DNA of 64,000 nt from NCBI RefSeq assembly GCF_002854065.1, contig NZ_CP024147.1. One strand, 5' to 3'. The DNA comes from Escherichia coli (GTDB taxonomy: Bacteria; Pseudomonadota; Gammaproteobacteria; Enterobacterales; Enterobacteriaceae). The notes under the pieces were generated by a model. That model worked only from the letters and a program-made list of their open reading frames with translations, was not told the DNA's origin and did no database searches. The translations under genes were made by a program, and so were the position numbers. Shown here in pieces: positions 37,082-47,781 of the stretch (the stretch's first letter is position 1; the number at the start of each line of letters is the position of its first letter).

Positions 37082-37870
37082 TCATTTCAGCGTACAATCG
37101 CCACATTGCTGCACATCCGGTAAGCGATAACGCTGGCAGCAAGTGCGGCGCACCAGCAGGCCGTCGCGCAGTACCACGGTACGCCAGAGTGGATTATCTT
37201 CACCGTTCGTGAGCGTTTTCTCAAAAAAGATGGCATGGCGCAGCGATTCAACCGTCGCCTCGCCGAGCAGTTGCTTCATCTCAGTGAGATACCAGTTGAT
37301 CAAATAACCGGTATTACTCCAGATAAGTTTGCCGTTGATCTCTCCGGTCGCTTCTAGTGCCTGCACAACCGGAACCAGCGCCTGGCTGATTAACGTTTCC
37401 ATTCGCTGCTGCGGCGAATGTGGTGTTGCGTTTTTATCTTCACACACATCGACCCAGAAACAGGCGGCACGGCCGGTTTCGTGAAACTCAGCATGGAAAT
37501 GTTCCGGCGACACATCTAATGCTTTTTCCTGCGTCAGTAGCGCCAGCATTAATGGTGGCACCATCAGGCCGATATACCATTGTGCCCATAGTGAGATCAG
37601 CGGTTTGTTCTCGCGGATCATCGTTGGTTGGTTGCGATAGATATGATCGGAATAGACCGCGAGTAGAGAACTTAGCGCATTCGGTGATGACCATTGCGCC
37701 AGCGTCATGGCGTTAAGCGGAGCGGGTTCATCCAGGCGGATAAACTCCAGCAAATGTTCACGATGTTCGGCGATCGTCGCACGTACGGCTTGTGCAAGCC
37801 CAGCATCCTGTGGCTGGAGATGCGTTCGCCAGATGATATCTTCATAGAGCGGTGCGGAACGATAGGCCAT
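37082..37870 (-). CDS. fhuF: Ferric-siderophore reductase FhuF (2Fe-2S, C-C-x10-C-x2-C)
   Basis: Track ORF, 262 aa, C-terminal RRTCCQRYRLPDVQQCGDCTL. Confidence 0.9.
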   Translation of the reverse strand: MAYRSAPLYEDIIWRTHLQPQDAGLAQAVRATIAEHREHLLEFIRLDEPAPLNAMTLAQWSSPNALSSLLAVYSDHIYRNQPTMIRENKPLISLWAQWYIGLMVPPLMLALLTQEKALDVSPEHFHAEFHETGRAACFWVDVCEDKNATPHSPQQRMETLISQALVPVVQALEATGEINGKLIWSNTGYLINWYLTEMKQLLGEATVESLRHAIFFEKTLTNGEDNPLWRTVVLRDGLLVRRTCCQRYRLPDVQQCGDCTLK

Positions 37871-37884
37871 AATCGTGATAGTAA

Positions 37885-37997
37885 TCTAAATGATAATGAT
37901 TGCTAATCCTAGCGATAGGTTTACCCGATAGCAAGGGATTTCTCTGGCTTGCAAATGATAAAAATTATCATATGATATCGGTTATCATTATCAATGA
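37885..37997. promoter_or_regulatory. Fur-box cluster in the fhuF / yjjZ divergent promoter region
   Basis: aatgataatgattgctaat, aaatgataaaaattatcat and gttatcattatcaatg resemble the Fur consensus GATAATGATAATCATTATC. Confidence 0.5.
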
Positions 37998-38010
37998 AAG
38001 AGATGAAACC

Positions 38011-38247
38011 ATGTTGCAACGTACGCTGGGCAGTGGCTGGGGAGTGTTGCTGCCGGGATTGCTGATTGCAGGGCTGATGTATGCGGATTTATCGCCGGAT
38101 CAGTGGCGGATTGTCATTCTGATGGGATTGATATTGACGCCGGTGATGCTGTATCACAAACAGTTACGGCATTACATTTTGCTACCATCGTGCCTGGCGC
38201 TTAGTGCTGGCATCATGCTGATGCTAATGAATTTGAATCAGGGATGA
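38011..38247 (+). CDS. yjjZ: Small membrane protein YjjZ
   Basis: Internal ATG of track ORF 37900..38247: MLQRTLGSGWGVLLPGLLIAGLMY..., 78 aa. Confidence 0.65.
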   Translation: MLQRTLGSGWGVLLPGLLIAGLMYADLSPDQWRIVILMGLILTPVMLYHKQLRHYILLPSCLALSAGIMLMLMNLNQG

Positions 38248-38285
38248 AAAATCAAGGAAGAAACAAGAAAGGAAGTAAAGATAAT

Positions 38286-38372
38286 TGGTGCGAGGGGGGG
38301 GACTTGAACCCCCACGTCCGTAAGGACACTAACACCTGAAGCTAGCGCGTCTACCAATTCCGCCACCTTCGC
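38286..38372 (-). tRNA. leuQ: tRNA-Leu (anticodon CAG)
   Basis: Reverse complement gives GCGAAGGTGGCGGAATTGGTAGACGCGCTAGCTTCAGGTGTTAGTGTCCTTACGGACGTGGGGGTTCAAGTCCCCCCCCTCGCACCA, 87 nt, cloverleaf with long variable arm. Confidence 0.9.
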
Positions 38373-38405
38373 ACAGTCATCTTACTTTTTTGATATCGCC
38401 TCGTT

Positions 38406-38492
38406 TGGTGCGAGGGGGGGGACTTGAACCCCCACGTCCGTAAGAACACTAACACCTGAAGCTAGCGCGTCTACCAATTCCGCCACCTTCGC
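38406..38492 (-). tRNA. leuP: tRNA-Leu (anticodon CAG), variant copy
   Basis: Same as the flanking copies except one substitution in the variable arm (plus strand taagaacact vs taaggacact). Confidence 0.85.
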
Positions 38493-38520
38493 CCAGTGCG
38501 AGCAATATCAACGTGGTTTT

Positions 38521-38607
38521 TGGTGCGAGGGGGGGGACTTGAACCCCCACGTCCGTAAGGACACTAACACCTGAAGCTAGCGCGTCTACCAATTCCGCCA
38601 CCTTCGC
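38521..38607 (-). tRNA. leuV: tRNA-Leu (anticodon CAG)
   Basis: Identical to the first copy; first gene of the leuV-leuP-leuQ operon on the minus strand. Confidence 0.9.
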
Positions 38608-38743
38608 ATACCATCAATTCTTAAAAAGAATTGCTACCACGGAGGCGCATTCTAGTGGTTTTCAGCTTTTCGTCAATAGTTAATTATCGCCGGAGGTGTA
38701 ATTGCTGGAAAAATGGCCATCAGCGGATTGTGGATAATTCGTT

Positions 38744-38892
<149 letters not shown>

Positions 38893-38907
38893 CTTGCGGC
38901 GGGATAC

Positions 38908-39939
38908 TTAACCTTTCTTCGCCTGGCGGGTCATAATGGCGCGATACACCTTGAAGCGCCCGGTTTGCGCGATAACTTCATGGAAGCCAAATGTCTCATC
39001 CAGCACGTCCGGATAAGGCAGGAAGGCGTTCGCTACAATTCGCAGCTCGCCGCCGCTATTAAGATGACGCACAGCACCGCGAATCAGCGTTTGCGCCGCA
39101 TCCAGGCTGGTTTGCATCCCATCGTGGAACGGCGGGTTGGAGATGATCATATCAAAACGACCTTTCACCTCGGAAAAGACGTTGCTGGCAAAGACTTCAC
39201 CTTCAACACCGTTGGCTGCAAGCGTCGCGCGGCTGGCTTCTACCGCCGGGGCAGAGACATCGCACAAGGTGAGACGGATTTTCGGCGAATGGCGCGCAAA
39301 GGCAACTGAAAGCACACCCGCGCCACAGCCGACATCCAGCACTTTACCTTTCGTGTGCGGAGTTAACGTCGAGAGCAGCAACTGGCTACCGACATCCAGA
39401 CCGTCGCGGCTAAACACGCCAGGCAGCGTTTTGACCGTCAGGCCATCGACGCTGTATTCGCCCCAGAATTTATCGGCATCAAATACCGGCTGTTTTTCCA
39501 GACGACCAAAATAGAGGCCACAGCGACGAGCGCTGTCGACTTTATTCAACGGCGCATAATCTGCCAGCATCTGCTCGGCGCTGCGCACGCCGCTGCGGTT
39601 CTCGCCAACGACAAAAATATCTGTCCCCACTGGCAGCAGAGAAAGTAAATTCATCAACTGGAACTGGGCTTCCGGTTTGTTCTTCGGCCAGTAGTAAATC
39701 AGCGTATCGCAATCTGCGACGTCATCCGCCGTGGCGACCAGACTAAAACGGGCGTTATCCCCCATCTGGCGGCTTAACACCTGCCAGTGGTGGAATTGCT
39801 GGGTATGAGCACGGCTGGCCGCGGTATCTAAACGCGCGGGCAGGTCATCCTGTAAGTCTCCGGCAAACAGAATACGGCTTTGTTCGAAATCATCACTGTG
39901 ACGCAGCAAGACTTCACTTGCCGGGGTAAATGCAGACAT
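38908..39939 (-). CDS. rsmC: 16S rRNA m2G1207 methyltransferase
   Basis: Track ORF, 343 aa, SAM-binding motif [11 protein letters not shown]. Confidence 0.9.
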   Translation of the reverse strand: MSAFTPASEVLLRHSDDFEQSRILFAGDLQDDLPARLDTAASRAHTQQFHHWQVLSRQMGDNARFSLVATADDVADCDTLIYYWPKNKPEAQFQLMNLLSLLPVGTDIFVVGENRSGVRSAEQMLADYAPLNKVDSARRCGLYFGRLEKQPVFDADKFWGEYSVDGLTVKTLPGVFSRDGLDVGSQLLLSTLTPHTKGKVLDVGCGAGVLSVAFARHSPKIRLTLCDVSAPAVEASRATLAANGVEGEVFASNVFSEVKGRFDMIISNPPFHDGMQTSLDAAQTLIRGAVRHLNSGGELRIVANAFLPYPDVLDETFGFHEVIAQTGRFKVYRAIMTRQAKKG

Positions 39940-40041
39940 GGAATGCTCCTCAATTGATACTGGCGGCGATTATAGCCATATGTTGGCGCGGTATCGACGA
40001 ATTTGCTATATTTGCGCCCCTGACAACAGGAGCGATTCGCT

Positions 40042-40455
40042 ATGACATCCCGACGAGACTGGCAGTTACAGCAACTGGGCATTACCCAGTGGTCGCTGCG
40101 TCGCCCTGGCGCGTTGCAGGGGGAGATTGCCATTGCGATCCCGGCACACGTCCGTCTGGTGATGGTGGCAAACGATCTTCCCGCCCTGACTGATCCTTTA
40201 GTGAGCGATGTTCTGCGCGCATTAACCGTCAGCCCCGACCAGGTGCTGCAACTGACGCCAGAAAAAATCGCGATGCTGCCGCAAGGCAGTCGCTGCAACA
40301 GCTGGCGGTTGGGTACTGACGAACCGCTATCACTGGAAGGCGCTCAGGTGGCATCACCGGCGCTCACCGAATTACGGGCAAACCCAACGGCACGCGCCGC
40401 GTTATGGCAACAGATTTGCACATATGAACACGATTTCTTCCCTCGAAACGACTGA
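40042..40455 (+). CDS. holD: DNA polymerase III psi subunit
   Basis: Track ORF, 137 aa, MTSRRDWQLQQLGITQWSLRRP... Confidence 0.9.
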   Translation: MTSRRDWQLQQLGITQWSLRRPGALQGEIAIAIPAHVRLVMVANDLPALTDPLVSDVLRALTVSPDQVLQLTPEKIAMLPQGSRCNSWRLGTDEPLSLEGAQVASPALTELRANPTARAALWQQICTYEHDFFPRND

Positions 40456-40870
40456 TTTACCGGCGGCTTACCACATTGAACAACGCGCCCACGCCTTTCC
40501 GTGGAGTGAAAAAACCTTTGCCAGCAACCAGGGCGAGCGTTATCTCAACTTTCAGTTAACGCAAAACGGCAAAATGGCGGCGTTTGCGATTACGCAAGTG
40601 GTGCTGGATGAAGCTACATTGTTCAATATTGCGGTCGATCCCGACTATCAGCGTCAGGGATTGGGAAGGGCGCTGCTGGAACATCTGATCGACGAACTGG
40701 AAAAACGCGGTGTGGCGACGCTATGGCTGGAAGTCCGTGCCTCAAACGCTGCCGCCATTGCCCTGTACGAAAGTTTAGGCTTTAACGAGGCGACGATTCG
40801 CCGCAATTACTACCCCACCACGGACGGTCGCGAAGACGCCATCATCATGGCGTTGCCAATCAGTATGTAA
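40424..40870 (+). CDS. rimI: Ribosomal protein S18 alanine N-acetyltransferase
   Basis: Track ORF, 148 aa, GNAT motif [13 protein letters not shown]; overlaps the holD 3' end by 32 nt. Confidence 0.9.
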
Positions 40871-40884
40871 TACAAGGTGGAATA

Positions 40885-41562
40885 ATGAAGTGGGACTGGA
40901 TTTTCTTTGATGCCGATGAAACGCTGTTTACCTTTGACTCATTCACCGGCCTGCAGCGGATGTTTCTTGATTACAGCGTCACCTTTACCGCTGAAGATTT
41001 TCAGGACTATCAGGCCGTTAACAAGCCACTGTGGGTGGATTATCAAAACGGCGCGATCACTTCATTACAGCTTCAGCACGGGCGGTTTGAGAGCTGGGCC
41101 GAACGGCTGAACGTCGAGCCGGGTAAACTCAACGAAGCCTTTATTAATGCGATGGCGGAAATCTGTACGCCGCTGCCGGGCGCGGTTTCTCTGCTTAACG
41201 CCATTCGTGGCAACGCCAAAATCGGCATCATCACCAACGGCTTTAGCGCCTTGCAGCAAGTGCGTCTGGAACGTACGGGCCTGCGTGATTACTTCGATTT
41301 GCTGGTGATTTCCGAAGAAGTTGGCGTTGCTAAACCGAATAAGAAAATTTTCGATTATGCGCTGGAACAGGCGGGCAATCCTGACCGTTCACGCGTGCTG
41401 ATGGTTGGCGACACTGCTGAGTCCGATATTCTCGGTGGCATCAACGCCGGGCTTGCGACCTGCTGGCTGAATGCGCACCATCGCGAGCAACCAGAAGGCA
41501 TCGCGCCCACCTGGACCGTTTCATCGTTGCACGAACTGGAGCAGCTCCTGTGTAAACACTGA
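40885..41562 (+). CDS. yjjG: HAD-family pyrimidine 5'-nucleotidase YjjG
   Basis: Track ORF, 225 aa, HAD motif [10 protein letters not shown]. Confidence 0.85.
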
Positions 41563-41652
41563 TTGCCTCCCCCCCGTTGATGGGTAAAATAGCCGCAATT
41601 TTTCGTTTTCAACAAGCGCGGCGCGATGCCGCTTACTCAAGAAGAAAGAATT

Positions 41653-43242
41653 ATGACGTTGTCTCCTTATTTGCAAGAGGTGGCGAAGCGCCGCACTTTT
41701 GCCATTATTTCTCACCCGGACGCCGGTAAGACTACCATCACCGAGAAGGTGCTGCTGTTCGGACAGGCCATTCAGACCGCCGGTACAGTAAAAGGCCGTG
41801 GTTCCAACCAGCACGCTAAGTCGGACTGGATGGAGATGGAAAAGCAGCGTGGGATCTCCATTACTACGTCTGTGATGCAGTTTCCGTATCACGATTGCCT
41901 GGTTAACCTGCTCGACACCCCGGGGCACGAAGACTTCTCGGAAGATACCTATCGTACCCTGACGGCGGTGGACTGCTGCCTGATGGTTATCGACGCCGCA
42001 AAAGGTGTTGAAGATCGTACCCGTAAGCTGATGGAAGTTACCCGTCTGCGCGACACGCCGATCCTCACCTTTATGAACAAACTTGACCGTGATATCCGCG
42101 ACCCGATGGAACTGCTCGATGAAGTTGAGAACGAGCTGAAAATCGGCTGCGCACCGATCACCTGGCCGATTGGCTGCGGCAAGCTGTTTAAAGGCGTTTA
42201 CCACCTTTATAAAGACGAAACCTATCTCTATCAGAGCGGTAAAGGCCACACGATTCAGGAAGTCCGTATTGTTAAAGGGCTGAATAACCCGGATCTCGAC
42301 GCTGCGGTTGGTGAAGATCTGGCACAGCAGCTACGTGACGAACTGGAACTGGTGAAAGGCGCGTCTAACGAGTTCGACAAAGAATTGTTCCTTGCGGGCG
42401 AAATCACTCCGGTATTCTTCGGTACTGCGCTGGGTAACTTCGGCGTTGATCATATGCTGGATGGCCTGGTGGAGTGGGCCCCTGCGCCGATGCCGCGTCA
42501 GACTGATACCCGTACCGTAGAGGCGAGCGAAGACAAATTTACCGGCTTCGTATTTAAAATTCAGGCCAACATGGACCCGAAACACCGCGACCGCGTGGCG
42601 TTTATGCGCGTAGTATCCGGTAAATATGAAAAAGGCATGAAGCTGCGCCAGGTGCGTACTGCGAAAGATGTGGTTATCTCCGACGCGCTGACCTTTATGG
42701 CGGGCGACCGTTCGCACGTTGAAGAAGCGTATCCGGGCGATATCCTCGGCCTGCACAACCACGGCACTATTCAGATCGGCGACACCTTTACCCAGGGTGA
42801 GATGATGAAGTTCACCGGTATTCCGAACTTCGCACCAGAACTGTTCCGTCGTATCCGCCTGAAAGATCCGCTGAAGCAAAAACAGCTGCTCAAAGGGCTG
42901 GTACAGCTTTCCGAAGAGGGCGCGGTGCAGGTGTTCCGTCCGATCTCCAACAACGATTTGATCGTTGGTGCTGTTGGTGTGCTGCAGTTTGATGTGGTGG
43001 TATCGCGCCTGAAGAGCGAATACAACGTTGAAGCAGTATATGAATCAGTCAACGTTGCCACTGCCCGCTGGGTAGAATGTGCGGACGCGAAGAAATTCGA
43101 AGAGTTCAAGCGTAAGAACGAAAGCCAACTGGCGCTTGATGGCGGCGATAACCTCGCTTACATCGCTACCAGCATGGTCAACCTGCGCCTGGCGCAGGAA
43201 CGTTATCCCGACGTTCAGTTCCACCAGACCCGCGAGCATTAA
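41653..43242 (+). CDS. prfC: Peptide chain release factor 3 (GTPase)
   Basis: Track ORF 41626..43242 trimmed to [28 protein letters not shown]..., 529 aa. Confidence 0.95.
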
Positions 43243-43252
43243 TTCTTGCCTC

Positions 43253-43285
43253 CAGGGCGCGGTAGCCGCTGCGCCCTGTCAATTT
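43253..43285 (+). terminator. Hairpin downstream of prfC
   Basis: cagggcgc...gcgccctg stem immediately after the stop codon; weak T-run. Confidence 0.4.
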
Positions 43286-43634
43286 CCCTTCCTTATTAGC
43301 CGCTTACGGAATGTTCTTAAAACATTCACTTTTGCTTATGTTTTCGCTGATATCCCGAGCGGTTTCAAAATTGTGATCTATATTTAACAAAGTAATGACA
43401 TTTCTGACGGCGTTAAATACCGTTCAATGCGTAGATATCAGTATCTAAAGCCGTCGATTGTCATTCTACCGATATTAATAACTGATTCAGAGGCTGTAAT
43501 GGTCGTTATTCATCACCCATCGCTTTTGTGATGGCGACCATTGACTTCTGTAGAGGGTGAAGTCTCTCCCTATTCAGCAATGCAACCTCGTGTTGCCAGG
43601 CTCAAATTACGAGCAAACATACAGGAATAAATCG

Positions 43635-44240
43635 ATGACTATGACAAGACTGAAGATTTCGAAAACTCTGCTGGCTGTAATGTTGACCTCTGCCGTCGCG
43701 ACCGGCTCTGCCTACGCGGAAAACAACGCACAGACTACCAATGAAAGCGCAGGGCAAAAAGTCGATAGCTCTATGAATAAAGTCGGTAATTTCATGGATG
43801 ACAGCGCCATCACCGCGAAAGTGAAGGCGGCCCTGGTGGATCATGACAACATCAAGAGCACCGATATCTCTGTAAAAACCGATCAAAAAGTCGTGACCCT
43901 GAGCGGTTTCGTTGAAAGCCAGGCTCAGGCCGAAGAGGCAGTGAAAGTGGCGAAAGGCGTTGAAGGGGTGACCTCTGTCAGCGACAAACTGCACGTTCGC
44001 GACGCTAAAGAAGGCTCGGTGAAGGGCTACGCGGGTGACACCGCCACCACCAGTGAAATCAAAGCCAAACTGCTGGCGGACGATATCGTCCCTTCCCGTC
44101 ATGTGAAAGTTGAAACCACCGATGGCGTGGTTCAGCTCTCCGGTACCGTAGATTCTCAGGCACAAAGTGACCGTGCTGAAAGTATCGCCAAAGCGGTAGA
44201 TGGTGTGAAAAGCGTTAAAAATGATCTGAAAACTAAGTAA
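43635..44240 (+). CDS. osmY: Osmotically inducible periplasmic protein OsmY (two BON domains)
   Basis: Track ORF 43557..44240 trimmed to [28 protein letters not shown] (signal peptide), 201 aa. Confidence 0.9.
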
Positions 44241-44255
44241 TTCGTCGTAATTCGT

Positions 44256-44277
44256 CCTCCCGAACTTTGTCGGGAGG
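44256..44277 (+). terminator. Hairpin downstream of osmY
   Basis: cctcccga-actttg-tcgggagg perfect 8-bp stem. Confidence 0.4.
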
Positions 44278-44366
44278 CGCGATGTGCACCACACTAAAAA
44301 TATCGCATTGAGTGATTTTCACGCTCATATCAAGCGGTGACATTAACTATGGTAAAGGAGACGCTT

Positions 44367-44528
44367 ATGTTTCGTTGGGGCATCATATTTCTGGTTATCG
44401 CGTTAATCGCCGCCGCACTTGGGTTTGGTGGTCTGGCCGGTACCGCTGCAGGCGCAGCTAAAATTGTCTTTGTCGTCGGGATTATTCTGTTCCTGGTGAG
44501 TTTGTTCATGGGCCGAAAACGACCCTAG
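44367..44528 (+). CDS. ytjA: Small membrane protein YtjA (DUF1328), 53 aa
   Basis: Internal ATG of track ORF 44337..44528 with AAGGAG Shine-Dalgarno: [53 protein letters not shown]. Confidence 0.7.
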
Positions 44529-44559
44529 ATTTCAGACCATTAAGAAAATTTTATCCAAA

Positions 44560-44590
44560 GCCAGTCCAGCGGACTGGCTTTTGCGGTTTT
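44560..44590 (+). terminator. Intrinsic terminator downstream of ytjA
   Basis: gccagtcc-agc-ggactggc hairpin followed by ttttgcggtttt. Confidence 0.6.
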
Positions 44591-44649
44591 AGCGAATAAT
44601 AAATTGCGTTACTTTGTCATTCTTTCACAACAAAAACAGGAAGGCAGAG

Positions 44650-45723
44650 GTGGGGCAGCGAATACCTGTAACGCTTGGTAATATTGCGCCGTTGTCGCTA
44701 AGGCCGTTCCAGCCTGGACGAATAGCTCTGGTGTGCGAAGGCGGCGGACAGCGTGGAATTTTCACGGCTGGCGTGCTGGATGAGTTTATGCGCGCGCAGT
44801 TTAATCCTTTCGATCTTTATCTCGGCACATCTGCCGGGGCGCAGAACCTCTCGGCGTTTATCTGCAATCAGCCCGGTTACGCGCGCAAAGTCATCATGCG
44901 CTATACCACAAAACGCGAATTTTTCGATCCATTGCGCTTTGTCCGTGGAGGAAATCTTATCGATCTCGACTGGCTGGTGGAGGCCACCGCAAGCCAGATG
45001 CCGTTGCAAATGGATACCGCCGCGCGGTTGTTTGACAGCGGCAAATCGTTTTATATGTGCGCCTGTCGTCAGGATGACTACGCGCCGAATTACTTTTTAC
45101 CAACCAAACAAAACTGGCTGGATGTGATTCGCGCCTCCAGTGCGATACCTGGCTTTTATCGTAGCGGAGTGTCGCTGGAAGGCATTAACTACCTGGATGG
45201 CGGGATCAGTGATGCGATTCCGGTTAAAGAGGCGGCAAGGCAGGGCGCTAAAACGTTGGTCGTCATCCGCACTGTGCCGTCACAAATGTACTACACGCCG
45301 CAGTGGTTCAAACGCATGGAACGCTGGCTGGGTGACAGTAGCCTGCAGCCGCTGGTCAATCTGGTGCAGCATCATGAAACCAGCTATCGTGACATTCAGC
45401 AATTTATTGAGAAACCACCGGGCAAGCTGCGGATATTCGAAATTTATCCGCCGAAGCCATTACATAGTATCGCGCTTGGCAGTCGGGTTCCGGCGCTGCG
45501 TGAAGACTATAAACTTGGGCGTTTATGCGGTCGTTATTTCCTCGCCACGGTTGGCAAGCTATTAACTGAAAAAGCGCCGCTTACCCGCCATCTGGTGCCA
45601 GTGGTGACGCCGGAATCGATCGTTATTCCGCCTGCGCCAGTCGCCAACGATACGCTGGTTGCCGAAGTGAGCGATGCTCCGCAGGCGAACGACCCGACAT
45701 TTAACAATGAGGATCTGGCTTGA
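44650..45723 (+). CDS. yjjU: Patatin-like phospholipase YjjU
   Basis: Track ORF 44614..45723 trimmed to GTG start (MGQRIPVTLGN...), 357 aa, GGGxRG and GTSAG patatin motifs. Confidence 0.8.
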   Translation: MGQRIPVTLGNIAPLSLRPFQPGRIALVCEGGGQRGIFTAGVLDEFMRAQFNPFDLYLGTSAGAQNLSAFICNQPGYARKVIMRYTTKREFFDPLRFVRGGNLIDLDWLVEATASQMPLQMDTAARLFDSGKSFYMCACRQDDYAPNYFLPTKQNWLDVIRASSAIPGFYRSGVSLEGINYLDGGISDAIPVKEAARQGAKTLVVIRTVPSQMYYTPQWFKRMERWLGDSSLQPLVNLVQHHETSYRDIQQFIEKPPGKLRIFEIYPPKPLHSIALGSRVPALREDYKLGRLCGRYFLATVGKLLTEKAPLTRHLVPVVTPESIVIPPAPVANDTLVAEVSDAPQANDPTFNNEDLA

Positions 45724-46502
45724 TTTGCCGTTTTATCGATACCCACTGCCATTTTGATTTCCCGCCGTTTAGTGGCGATGAAGAGGCCAGCCTGCAACGC
45801 GCGGCACAAGCGGGCGTAGGCAAGATCATTGTTCCGGCGACAGAGGCGGAAAATTTTGCCCGCGTGCAGGCGTTAGCGGAAAAATATCAACCGCTGTATG
45901 CCGCATTGGGGTTGCATCCGGGGATGTTGGAAAAACATAGCGATGTGTCTCTTGATCAGCTACAGCAGGCGCTGGAAAGGCGTCCGGCGAAGGTGGTGGC
46001 GGTGGGGGAGATCGGTCTGGATCTCTTCGGCGACGATCCGCAATTTGAGAGGCAGCAGTGGTTACTCGACGAACAACTGAAACTGGCGAAACGCTACGAT
46101 CTGCCGGTGATCCTGCATTCACGGCGCACACACGACAAACTGGCGATGCATCTTAAACGCCACGATTTGCCGCGTGCTGGTGTTGTCCACGGATTTTCTG
46201 GCAGCCAGCAACAGGCTGAACGGTTTGTACAGCTGGGCTACAAAATCGGCGTAGGCGGTACTATCACCTATCCACGCGCCAGTAAAACCCGCGATGTCAT
46301 CGCAAAATTACCGCTGGCATCGTTGTTGCTGGAAACCGACGCGCCGGATATGCCGCTCAACGGCTTTCAGGGGCAGCCTAACCGACCGGAACAGGCTGTG
46401 CGGGTGTTTGATGTGCTTTGCGAGTTGCGCCCGGAACCAGAAGATGAGATTGCCGAAGTGTTGCTTAATAATACGTATGCGTTGTTTAGCGTTAGTGGGT
46501 AG
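45720..46502 (+). CDS. yjjV: TatD-family metal-dependent hydrolase YjjV
   Basis: Track ORF, 260 aa, TTG start overlapping the yjjU stop, FIDTHCHFDF metal-binding motif; start codon choice uncertain. Confidence 0.8.
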   Translation: MICRFIDTHCHFDFPPFSGDEEASLQRAAQAGVGKIIVPATEAENFARVQALAEKYQPLYAALGLHPGMLEKHSDVSLDQLQQALERRPAKVVAVGEIGLDLFGDDPQFERQQWLLDEQLKLAKRYDLPVILHSRRTHDKLAMHLKRHDLPRAGVVHGFSGSQQQAERFVQLGYKIGVGGTITYPRASKTRDVIAKLPLASLLLETDAPDMPLNGFQGQPNRPEQAVRVFDVLCELRPEPEDEIAEVLLNNTYALFSVSG

Positions 46503-46505
46503 TTT

Positions 46506-46912
<407 letters not shown>

Positions 46913-46917
46913 GCATG

Positions 46918-47781
46918 TCACAAATACAGCGCCGGAAATATCAACCGGCCCACCCCGCGCACCTTTAATGCATCAGCCAACGGCTCAACGTCTTCCGGCG
47001 TGGCGCTCGCCCAGCTTTGCGCCTCGCCATACACGCCGTGGGCATGAAACGCGTTCAGGCGTACCGGAACATCGCCAAGTCCCTTGATAAACGCCGCCAG
47101 TTCTTCGATGTGTTGCAAATAATCCACCTGGCCAGGGATTACCAGCAAACGCAGTTCCGCCAGCTTGCCGCGCTCTGCCAGCAAACAGATGCTGCGCTTA
47201 ATCTGCTGATTATCGCGTCCGGTTAATTGTTGATGACATTCGCTACCCCATGCTTTGAGATCGAGCATTGCGCCGTCACACACCGGGAGTAATTTTTCCC
47301 AGCCGGTTTCGCTCAACATGCCGTTACTGTCCACCAGACAGGTGAGATGGCGCAGTTGCGGATCGTTTTTGATAGCAGTAAACAGCGCCACTACAAACGG
47401 CAGTTGGGTCGTGGCTTCGCCGCCGCTTACCGTTATCCCTTCAATAAACAGCACCGCTTTGCGGACATGGCTAAGCACTTCGTCCACGCTCATGGATTGC
47501 GCCATCGGCGTGGCATGTTGCGGACACCTCTTCAGGCAGGTATCACACTGCTCGCAGACCGCAGCGTTCCACACCACTTTGCCGTCAACAATCTGCAACG
47601 CCTGATGCGGACACTGTGGCACGCACTCTCCGCAATGATTACAGCGCCCCATCGTCCACGGATTGTGACAGTTTTTGCAGCGCAGATTGCAGCCCTGCAA
47701 AAACAGAGCCAGACGACTGCCTGGCCCGTCAACGCAGGAGAAGGGGATAATCTTACTGACTAAAGCGCATCTGCTGTTCAT
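46918..47781 (-). CDS. yjjW: Radical-SAM glycyl-radical-enzyme activating protein YjjW
   Basis: Track ORF, 287 aa, CxxxCxxC motif ([13 protein letters not shown]) plus additional Cys clusters. Confidence 0.85.
   Translation of the reverse strand: MNSRCALVSKIIPFSCVDGPGSRLALFLQGCNLRCKNCHNPWTMGRCNHCGECVPQCPHQALQIVDGKVVWNAAVCEQCDTCLKRCPQHATPMAQSMSVDEVLSHVRKAVLFIEGITVSGGEATTQLPFVVALFTAIKNDPQLRHLTCLVDSNGMLSETGWEKLLPVCDGAMLDLKAWGSECHQQLTGRDNQQIKRSICLLAERGKLAELRLLVIPGQVDYLQHIEELAAFIKGLGDVPVRLNAFHAHGVYGEAQSWASATPEDVEPLADALKVRGVGRLIFPALYL

Noticed and set aside
38286-38607. Three about 87-bp near-identical repeats with about 33-bp spacers — could this be a CRISPR array?
   Set aside because: Each repeat folds as a complete tRNA-Leu(CAG) with CCA end; no cas genes, and the spacers are ordinary tRNA-operon intergenic sequence.
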